Shown here one piece after another: positions 44,322 through 64,000 of a DNA stretch of 64,000 bases (position 1 is the stretch's first letter; the number at the start of each line of letters is the position of its first letter). Source of the stretch: the human T2T-CHM13v2.0 reference genome, Homo sapiens. A program made the translations under genes and the position numbers. The DNA is taken from NCBI RefSeq assembly GCF_009914755.1, contig NC_060931.1. The stretch is one strand, 5' to 3'. The notes beneath the pieces are model-generated. The model worked only from the letters and a program-made list of their open reading frames with translations, searched no databases and was not told the origin of the DNA.

Positions 44322-45681
44322 TGATTCCTAATCAAAAAGGGGAGCGACTGACTCCATCTAAAGCTAGGAAAGGCCAGGTACAATGGTGCACACCTGTTAT
44401 TCTGGCACTTTGGGAGCCCAAGGCAAGAGGATCACTCGAGGCCAGGAATTCAAGGCTGCAGTGAGCTGTGATCTCACCACTGCACTCCAGCCTGGACCAC
44501 ACAGCAAGACCCTATCTCAAAAACTAAAATAAAATTCAGAGCTTTCCTTAAGGATTTGAATAAAATTACAAATCCATCTTTAGAAATAAAGTGCTCAGGC
44601 CAGGTGCAGTGGCTCATGCCTATAATCTCAGCACTTTCAGAGGCTGAGGCCAGCAGATCACCTGAGGTCAGGAGTCCAAGACCAGCCTGGCCAACATGGT
44701 GAAACCCCGTCTCTACTAAAAATACAAAAATTAGCTGGGCCTGGTGGCAGGCACCTGTAATCCCAGCACTTTGGGAGACTGAGGTTGGCAGATCACCTGA
44801 GGTCAGGAGTTCGAGACCATCCTGGTAACCCGTCTCTACTAAAAATACAAAAAATTAGCCGGGCAAGGTGGCAGGTGCCTGTAGTCCCAGCTACTCGGGA
44901 GACTGAAGCAGGAGAATGGCGTTGAACCCAGGGGGCAGAGCCTGCAGTGAGCCAAGATCGCACCACTGCGCTCTAGCCTGGGTGACAGCGAGATTCCGTC
45001 TCAAAAAAAAAGCACTTGGAGGAAGCCTCACAGAGTCCTGTGCTGGACCACACCCTGGGGATCCAGTCCTGGCCTCCAGCCCCATTTCTGTACCACCCTG
45101 AGACCATGGGATCTTCCTCAGGTTGGATTACCTTGTATCCAAGGTGTGGACCCTATGGGCTCCTGCTAGGTGTAACTTGACACAACGGGTTCCGTTGTCA
45201 GGTGCAATTTAGAAACTCTGGGCTAGGCCAAGCGCAGTGGCTCACACCTGAATTCCCAAACTTTGGAAGGCCGAGGCAGGAGGGTCACTAGAGGTCAGGA
45301 GGTCAAGACCAGCTTGGACAACATAATGAGATCCCAATCCCATCTCTACAAAAAAAATTAAAAAATTAGCCAAATGTGGTGACACATGCCTGTGGTTCCA
45401 GCTCCACAGGAGGCTGAGGCAGAAGGATCACTTGAGCACAGGAGGTCGAGGCTGCACTCCAGCCTGGGTGATAGAGTGAGACCCTGTCTCAATAAAAAAT
45501 AAAGATCTCCAAGGGGATGAGGTTTGAGAATGAGGCGTCTCCCCCAAATGATTTGAGCCCAAAGCCCCGTTCTCCTGGCATGGCTCAGTGCTGCCACTGC
45601 GCAGGTGACCTTGCTGGGCCCTTCTACCTCTTACCTGTCTGTGAAAGTAGGTTCTAATTTTTTAAAAACCTAGAAAGATGA

Positions 45682-45924
<243 letters not shown>

Positions 45925-46806
45925 TGATCCAACCACTCTGACCTCCCAAAGTGTTGGGATTACAGGCGTGAGCCACCACACCTGACAGAAAGATGAGATT
46001 TTATAGAAAATAAATATAGCTTGTTTTCTCAGAGGAGGCAGATTGGGAGCTATAGAGGAATATCCCTGCTTAGAGTTTGAAATCAGTTCTGTTAGGAAAT
46101 AATGTTTGTAGGGGCCGGGTGCGGTGGCTCACGCCTGTAATGCCAGCACTTTGGGAGGCTGAGGCAGGTGGATCACTTGAGGTTAGGAGTTTGAGAACAG
46201 CCTGGCCAACATGGTGAAACCCTGTCTCTACTAAAACTACAAAAATTAGCTGGGTTTGGTGGTGGACACCTGTAATCCCAGCTACTTGGGAGGCTGAGGC
46301 GAGAGAATTGCTTGAGGCCGGGTGCAGTGGCTCATGCCTGTAATCCCAACACTGGGAGGCCAAGGTGGGCAGATCACCTGAGGTAAGGAGTTCAAGACCA
46401 GCCTGACCAACATGGTGAAACCCCGTCTCTACTAAAAATACAAAAAATTAGCTGGGTGTGGTGGCGCATGCCCATAGTCCCAGCTACTCAGGAGGCTGAG
46501 ACACAAGAATCACTTGAGCCCCGGAGGCGAAGGTTGTAGGGAGCTGAGATGGTACCACTGCACTCCACCCTGGGTGACAGAGTGAGACTCCATCTAAAGA
46601 AAAAAAAAAAAGGAAATAATGTCTGTGAGCTGTGTTGACTCATACTCCTTAGAAGCAGACAGTTGTGGGTGCCCGAAGAAATCGGGGTGTTGGGGAGCCC
46701 AGGGACCCTCTAGGACGCTTGCCTCTTCCTGCCTCTGTCTCATGCAACCATCCCTGCCATCGGGGCCCCCACCGGCCCCACCCTGGCCATTCTTTCTCCA
46801 TCCCAG

Positions 46807-46866
46807 GACAGCCAGTACCCATGGAGCCAGAGAGTGAGCTTTGCCAAGGACATCGCATCAGGGATG
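46807..46866 (+). CDS. LIMK1: LIMK1 exon 11
   Basis: tcccag| ... |gtgagt; 60 nt; DSQYPWSQRVSFAKDIASGM. Confidence 0.97.
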
Positions 46867-47091
46867 GTGAGTGAGCCGGGTGCTCTAGCTCCATTCATAA
46901 TCCCACCAGGAATTTGCAAACAGAACCCACAAAGAAGCTTTGAAAGAGGGCAGAGGGGGTCGATGGGAGAGTGGGAAGAATCGTCCCGACTGGCCTGATT
47001 GGGGTGGGAGCAGAGGGAGTTCCTGGGGAGCCAGGATGGGCTGGGGTCCCTCTGCACAGCTGCCCCCTGACTCCCGTGTCCCCGTCCCTAG

Positions 47092-47157
47092 GCCTACCTC
47101 CACTCCATGAACATCATCCACCGAGACCTCAACTCCCACAACTGCCTGGTCCGCGAG
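47092..47157 (+). CDS. LIMK1: LIMK1 exon 12 (catalytic loop HRDLNSHN, Asp460)
   Basis: ccctag| ... |gtgagt; 66 nt; carries the LIMK-specific DLNSHN motif. Confidence 0.98.
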
Positions 47158-47796
47158 GTGAGTACCAGGGCCCCACGTGGCTGGGTGTCAGGAGACAGCA
47201 GGAGCCCATCCAACCCCAGCCTCAGGGCCTTCCCAGAACTGGAGGCCCCTCCATGTTGCCTCCATGACTTCAATTTGAGGTGGGGGTGGGGGGCAGCAGC
47301 CCGTGGGGAAGAGCGCAGGGTCAGGAGGCAGACAGACCTGGGTTTGAGTCCTGTCTCTGCCACTGACTCATGGTGGACCATCAGAGTCCCAGGCTGGTAG
47401 GAGGGTCTCATAAATCAATGAAGGAGAAAGTGACATGTAAGCTACAAAGGACCAGGACCGTGGTCTTCATAGAGCACAGCCCATGGCAGAGTGGCCATGG
47501 GCTACACCAGACAGCACCAGCATCTGGGGGCCACAGAGTGGGGGCATAGGCGTATGGGCTGGAGTGGTCAGGGCAGGCTTCCTGAAAGAGGAGGCTTGGC
47601 CAGACACAGTGGCTCACACCTGTAATCCCAGCACTTTGGGAGGCCGAGGCAGGCGGATCACGAGGTCAGGAGATCGAGACCGTCCTGGCTAACATGGGCA
47701 CTGTGGCTCACACCTACAATCCCAACACTTTGGGAGGCCGAGGTGGGTGGATCACTTGAAGCCAGGAGTTCAAGACCAGCCTGGCCAACATGGCTA

Positions 47797-48003
<207 letters not shown>

Positions 48004-48483
48004 TTAGGTGGATATTTAAGCAGGGGACGGGCAGGCAAAGAGCCCAGTGTCTAAGGATTGTCAAGGGAGGAGAGCCCGGTTCTCCACCAAAAGCACAGGA
48101 GCGAGTAACCATGCCCATCTGGAGAGGTGGTGTATTCGTGTCCTGGGGCTGCCATCATGAAGTACTGTGAACCAGATGGCTCAAAACAACAGAAATGTGC
48201 TGGGCACAGTGGCTCACACCTAAAATCCCAGCAATTTGGGAGGCCAAGGCAGGTGGATTGCTTGAGCTCAGGAGTTTGAGACCAGCCTGGGCAACATTAC
48301 GAAAGCCCATCTCTGCCAAAAATACAAAACGGAATAGCCAGCCGTGGTGGCATAAGCCTATGGTCCCAACTACCTGGGAGGCTGAGGTGGGAGGATCACT
48401 TGAGCCTGGGAGGTAGAGGTTGCAGTGAGCCAAGATTGTGCTACTCTACTCCAGCCTGGGAGACAGAGCCAGACCCTGTCTCA

Positions 48484-48866
<383 letters not shown>

Positions 48867-49556
48867 CTAACCTGGTCCCTCAATAACCCATTAATCTGTT
48901 AATTCATACAGAGCCCTCATGACCCAATCACCTCTTACAGGCCCTGCCTCTTAATACCGTTAGAGTCAGGCCAGGCATGGTGACATGGGCCTGTAGTCCC
49001 AGCTAGTTGGAAGGCTAGGTGGGAGGATCCCTTGAGTCCAGGAGGTAAATGTTACAGTGAGCTCTGATTGTGTCACTGCACTCCAGCCTGGGCAACAGAG
49101 CGAGCCCCTGTTTTTAAAACAGCAACAAGCCAGGCACAGTGGCTCACGCCTGTAATCCCAACACTTTGGGAGACTGAGGCAGGCAGATCACTTGAGGTCA
49201 GGAGTTCAAGACCAGCCTCACCAACACAGTGAGACCCCTCTCTACTAAAAATACAAAAATTAGCTGGGCGTGGTGGTGGGTGCCTGTAGTCTCAGCTACT
49301 CATGAGACTGAGGCAGAATTGCTTGAACCCGGGAGGTGGAGGTTGCTGTGAGCCGAGATCACGTCACTGCACTCCAGCAACAGAGTGGGACTCCATCTCA
49401 AAAAAAATAAAAAATAACAGAGATCTGTGTTGGCTTACACCTGTAATCCCAGCACTTTGGGAGTCCAAGGTGGGCAGATTGCTTGAGCCCAGGAGTTTGA
49501 GACCAGCCAGGCAACATGGCAAAAAAATAAAAAAATTTGTCTCTACAAAAAAATTA

Positions 49557-49757
<201 letters not shown>

Positions 49758-49886
49758 TCACCTGCTTATTGGGAATATTCAAGATAAAATTAGGCCAGGC
49801 ACGGTGGCTCACGCCTGTAATCCCAGCACTTTGGGAGGCCGACGTGGGCGGATCACGAGGTCAGGAGATCGAGACCATCCTGGCTA

Positions 49887-50222
<336 letters not shown>

Positions 50223-50362
50223 TCAATCAACCTAAATAAATAGTAAATCTGGTGGCATGCCAAGCACAGGACCTGGGTCTATAATCAAAATTCCTGTCTT
50301 GATGGGCACAGTGGCTCACACCTGTAATCCCAGCACTTTGGTAGGCCACAGTGGGTGGATCA

Positions 50363-51182
<820 letters not shown>

Positions 51183-51343
51183 TAACCTCCCAAGCCCCTG
51201 GCCCCTCCCAGCCTCCTTGGCTCTTCAGTTACCCTGTGGGTCCTGTTGCTCCTATAACACACTTAGTGGCAGCCAGGCACGGTGGCTCACGCCTGTAATC
51301 CCAGCACTTTGGGAGGCTGAGGTGAGTGGATCACCTGAGGTCA

Positions 51344-51577
<234 letters not shown>

Positions 51578-51863
51578 TTAGTGGCTTAAATAAATGATCA
51601 TACAGTTCTGGAGTCTGAAGTCCAGCGTCAGCCTCACCGGGCTGAAATCAAGGCGCCGGTAGGGTGAGCTCCTTCTGCAGGCTCCGGGGCACCTGTTTCC
51701 TGACCTTTTCTGGCTCGTGGAGGCTTCCTCATTCCTCCTGTTGCTGCCCCCTCCTCTGTCTTCAGGGCTGGCTGCAAAGCATCTTCTCTTCTCTGATCTC
51801 TGCATCCATCCCCGCATCTCTTTCCCTGGCTCTAACCTTCCTCCTTTTTTTTTTTTTTTTTAA

Positions 51864-52227
<364 letters not shown>

Positions 52228-52342
52228 TAGCCAAGATGGTGTCGATCTCCTGACCTCGTGATCCGCCCGTCTCGGCCTCCCAAAGTGCTGGGATTACAGG
52301 CGTGAGCCACCGCGCCTGGCCAATTTTTTAAATTTTTAATAG

Positions 52343-52465
<123 letters not shown>

Positions 52466-52884
52466 TGATAGGGACCCTTACGGTGACATTGGGCCCACCT
52501 GGATAATCCAAAAGCAGCCCTCCATCTCAAGACCCTCAACTTAATCCCATCTGCAGAGTCCGATGGAAGGTGGGACGTATACAAGTCCCAGGGATCAGGA
52601 CGCAGTCATCTTTGGGGATCATAGTTCTGCCTCCCACAGGGTCTGCTTCCCTCAGTCCATTTCTTTGCTGTCAATGGTCCTATATATGCCCAGATTATAG
52701 GTTATAAAGTCCTTCTACAAGCAGGTGACACATGAACACAGGTTCAGGGCAGGCAGACCCCAGCCATCACCTCATCATAGTTAACCTAGTTAAATTAGCC
52801 TGGCATGTGGCGTGGTGCCTAATGCCTGTGGTCCCAGCTACTCAGGAAGCCAAAGCGGGAGATTTACTTGAGCCAAGGAGATCA

Positions 52885-53121
<237 letters not shown>

Positions 53122-53354
53122 CTACTAGGGAGGCTGAGGCAGGAGAATCACTTGAACCCAGGAGCAGAGGTTACATTGGGCCAAGATTGCACCACTGCAC
53201 TCCAGCCTGGGCAACAGAGGAAGACTGTGTCTCAAAAAGAAAAAAAAAAAAACCTTCCTGTAATCCCAGCACTTTGGGAGGCTGAGGTGGGCGGATCACG
53301 AGGTCAAGAGATTGAGACCATCCTGGTCAACATGATGAAACCCCATCTCTACTA

Positions 53355-53565
<211 letters not shown>

Positions 53566-53990
53566 TAACATAGCCCGCAAAGAAGACTATAAAACAGTCT
53601 TAGTGGCCGGGCGCAGTGGTTCACGCTTGTAATCCCAGCACTTTGGGAGGCCGAGGCAGGTGGATCATGAGGTCAGGAGTTTGAGACCAGCCTGGCCAAC
53701 ACAGTGAAACCCCATCTCTACTAAAAATACAAAAATTAGCTGGACATGGTTTCGGGCGCCCGTAATCCCAGCTACTCAGGAGGCTGAGGCAGGAGAGTTG
53801 CTTGAACCCAGGAGGCAGAGGCAGGAGAGTTGCTTGAACCCAGGAGGCAGAGGTTGCAGTGGGCGACAGAGCAAGACTCTGTCTCAAAAAACAAAAAAGT
53901 CTTAGTGTTTCCTATGTTTAGGGATTAGTGTGAGGATTAAAGGTTGTAAACTCATTTCCACCTAGTTGGCATTCAGTAAATGAGAATTGA

Positions 53991-54239
<249 letters not shown>

Positions 54240-54264
54240 TGATCTCGATCTCCTGACCTCGTGA

Positions 54265-54636
<372 letters not shown>

Positions 54637-54772
54637 TAACATCATTAAGTAGCTGGTATCATTCCCATTTTACAATAAGGAAACTGAGGCTCAGAGAGTC
54701 TGTGTCAGTTTCCTGAGGTTGCTGTAATAAATTGTTAGAAACTTGATTATTTAAAACAGCAGAAAATGGTCA

Positions 54773-55082
<310 letters not shown>

Positions 55083-55724
55083 TTAGTTTTGGAAGCCAGA
55101 AGGTTGAAATCCAACAGGGCTGCGCTCCCTCCAGGGCGATCTAGGGGAGAATGCATTCCTTGCCTCTTCCACCTTCTGGTTGTTTTGCATTCCTGGGCTT
55201 GTGGCCGCATCACTCCAGTCTCCACCCCTGTCTTCACAGGGCCACCTCCTCCTCTTCTGCTGTGTCTTCTCTGTGTCTCTCTCAAGAGGGCATTTGCAGT
55301 GGCATTTGGGGCCCACCCAGATCATCCAGCATCATCTCATCTCCAGATCCTTAACTTAATCCCATCTGCAAAAGACCCTTTTTCTGACCCAGTAACATTC
55401 ACAGATTCCAGAGACCTGACATGGTTCCCTTTTGGGACCAGCACAGAGTTCATGACTTGTGCAAAGTCACGCAGCTGATCGGTGCCTCGAACTCCTTGTC
55501 CAGGGCTCTGCCCCTTGCTCCTCAGAGCTCCCAAAGGCTTGCTCAGACCTGGTGGGGTTGGGGGAAAGAGCCTAAGCCTGGGTTCCCATAGAGGTTGCCG
55601 GCATCTGCCTCCTGGGCCTGGACCTCCCGGCCGGGGCATCCTCCCAGCTGGCCTGGTCCCCTGCCTTTTGGCATCCCTGGCACCCCCATGTGTTCATCTG
55701 CTGACAGTCGGTCTCTTTATCCAG

Positions 55725-55780
55725 GCCGCAGCTATGATGAGAAGGTGGATGTGTTCTCCTTTGGGATCGTCCTGTGCGAG
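55725..55780 (+). CDS. LIMK1: LIMK1 exon 14 (DVFSFG, alphaF helix)
   Basis: tatccag| ... |gtaggt; 56 nt. Confidence 0.98.
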
Positions 55781-56033
55781 GTAGGTCCAGGGTTGGGTAG
55801 CAGCGGTGTTGAGGCCTGGGCTCCTCCCCACTCACCCAGGCTGCAGGCTCAGCATCTGCAGGGGCCTCATGCCAGGAAGCCTGCCCACAGCAAGGCATGG
55901 GCTGGCCCCCATGGGGTACTGCAGTCAGGCTGCAGCCAGGCCCAGTGCCACCTGCCCTCAAACCACCTGGATGGCACCCAGATGCCCAGGCTGAGGGCCC
56001 CCTGGAGTAACTGCCGGGCCTTGTACTGGACAG

Positions 56034-56191
56034 ATCATCGGGCGGGTGAACGCAGACCCTGACTACCTGCCCCGCACCATGGACTTTGGCCTCAACGTGC
56101 GAGGATTCCTGGACCGCTACTGCCCCCCAAACTGCCCCCCGAGCTTCTTCCCCATCACCGTGCGCTGTTGCGATCTGGACCCCGAGAAGAG
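56034..56191 (+). CDS. LIMK1: LIMK1 exon 15
   Basis: ggacag| ... |gtgagt; 158 nt; [22 protein letters not shown]...CCDLDPEKR. Confidence 0.97.
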
Positions 56192-56280
56192 GTGAGTGGG
56201 GTGGGGCCCTGGCCTGGGAGACGGTGGGGCCGATTCCCGGGACAGCCAGACCCACCGTTCCCCACCCACCTGTCACCCAG

Positions 56281-56443
56281 GCCATCCTTTGTGAAGCTGG
56301 AACACTGGCTGGAGACCCTCCGCATGCACCTGGCCGGCCACCTGCCACTGGGCCCACAGCTGGAGCAGCTGGACAGAGGTTTCTGGGAGACCTACCGGCG
56401 CGGCGAGAGCGGACTGCCTGCCCACCCTGAGGTCCCCGACTGA
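56281..56443 (+). CDS. LIMK1: LIMK1 exon 16 CDS (PSFVKLEHWLETL...PAHPEVPD*)
   Basis: cacccag|; TGA at 56441-56443. The 16 exons total 1944 nt. Confidence 0.98.
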
Positions 56444-57665
56444 GCCAGGGCCACTCAGCTGCCCCTGTCCCCACCTCTGGAGAATCCACCCCCACCAGAT
56501 TCCTCCGCGGGAGGTGGCCCTCAGCTGGGACAGTGGGGACCCAGGCTTCTCCTCAGAGCCAGGCCCTGACTTGCCTTCTCCCACCCCGTGGACCGCTTCC
56601 CCTGCCTTCTCTCTGCCGTGGCCCAGAGCCGGCCCAGCTGCACACACACACCATGCTCTCGCCCTGCTGTAACCTCTGTCTTGGCAGGGCTGTCCCCTCT
56701 TGCTTCTCCTTGCATGAGCTGGAGGGCCTGTGTGAGTTACGCCCCTTTCCACACGCCGCTGCCCCAGCAACCCTGTTCACGCTCCACCTGTCTGGTCCAT
56801 AGCTCCCTGGAGGCTGGGCCAGGAGGCAGCCTCCGAACCATGCCCCATATAACGCTTGGGTGCGTGGGAGGGCGCACATCAGGGCAGAGGCCAAGTTCCA
56901 GGTGTCTGTGTTCCCAGGAACCAAATGGGGAGTCTGGGGCCCGTTTTCCCCCCAGGGGGTGTCTAGGTAGCAACAGGTATCGAGGACTCTCCAAACCCCC
57001 AAAGCAGAGAGAGGGCTGATCCCATGGGGCGGAGGTCCCCAGTGGCTGAGCAAACAGCCCCTTCTCTCGCTTTGGGTCTTTTTTTTGTTTCTTTCTTAAA
57101 GCCACTTTAGTGAGAAGCAGGTACCAAGCCTCAGGGTGAAGGGGGTCCCTTGAGGGAGCGTGGAGCTGCGGTGCCCTGGCCGGCGATGGGGAGGAGCCGG
57201 CTCCGGCAGTGAGAGGATAGGCACAGTGGACCGGGCAGGTGTCCACCAGCAGCTCAGCCCCTGCAGTCATCTCAGAGCCCCTTCCCGGGCCTCTCCCCCA
57301 AGGCTCCCTGCCCCTCCTCATGCCCCTCTGTCCTCTGCGTTTTTTCTGTGTAATCTATTTTTTAAGAAGAGTTTGTATTATTTTTTCATACGGCTGCAGC
57401 AGCAGCTGCCAGGGGCTTGGGATTTTATTTTTGTGGCGGGCGGGGGTGGGAGGGCCATTTTGTCACTTTGCCTCAGTTGAGCATCTAGGAAGTATTAAAA
57501 CTGTGAAGCTTTCTCAGTGCACTTTGAACCTGGAAAACAATCCCAACAGGCCCGTGGGACCATGACTTAGGGAGGTGGGACCCACCCACCCCCATCCAGG
57601 AACCGTGACGTCCAAGGAACCAAACCCAGACGCAGAACAATAAAATAAATTCCGTACTCCCCACC
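56444..57665 (+). other. LIMK1: LIMK1 3'UTR (3' end approximate)
   Basis: Alu-free region between the stop codon and the overlapping AATAAA pair. Confidence 0.88.
57639..57649 (+). terminator. LIMK1 polyadenylation signal (two overlapping AATAAA)
   Basis: AATAAAATAAA; GU-rich gatgtgtgtct ~30 nt downstream; a variant ATTAAA also lies at 57494-57499. Confidence 0.85.
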
Positions 57666-57754
57666 CAGGTCCTGCGTGGCGATGTGTGTCTGGGGCCCTG
57701 GGGAAATAGTCAAGGTAAGAGGAGTTAGTCTTCCCTGACCAGAAGACAAGGATG

Positions 57755-64000
<6,246 letters not shown>

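Noticed and set aside
55572-56495. 307-aa minus-strand ORF across LIMK1 exons 14-16
   Set aside because: Antisense shadow of GC-rich coding sequence, with no promoter or splice support.

Overview
This is human (great-ape-type) genomic DNA that I recognise as the 7q11.23 Williams-Beuren region. The identification comes from translating exons by hand and recalling the proteins; no database was searched. The window holds the last four coding exons and 3'UTR of ELN (828 to ~5040, +), a repeat-filled intergenic spacer of ~13 kb, and the complete 16-exon LIMK1 gene (+). The LIMK1 CDS exons span 19124-56443 and sum to 1944 nt = 647 aa + stop, with every intron GT-AG. LIMK1 also has a CpG-island promoter and two further in-frame first exons (18168-18312 and 28385-28434). 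By eye roughly half the window is Alu, with older L1, L2, MIR and LTR fragments, so nearly all ORF-track entries are Alu or GC-rich artefacts. I found no RNA gene, CRISPR array or new multi-gene system. The most interesting signals are: (1) a 6-nt cag|GTGGCG|gtaagg unit in the last ELN intron that looks like the collapsed remnant of the exon 34 lost in humans and coincides with a palindromic CTCF motif; (2) four possible LIMK1 N-termini that keep or drop the Cys7/Cys8 palmitoylation motif; (3) a kinase-less LIMK1 splice form; (4) a stop-free potential exon 3-5 circle; and (5) several Alu micro-rearrangements, including an apparently locally templated insertion.
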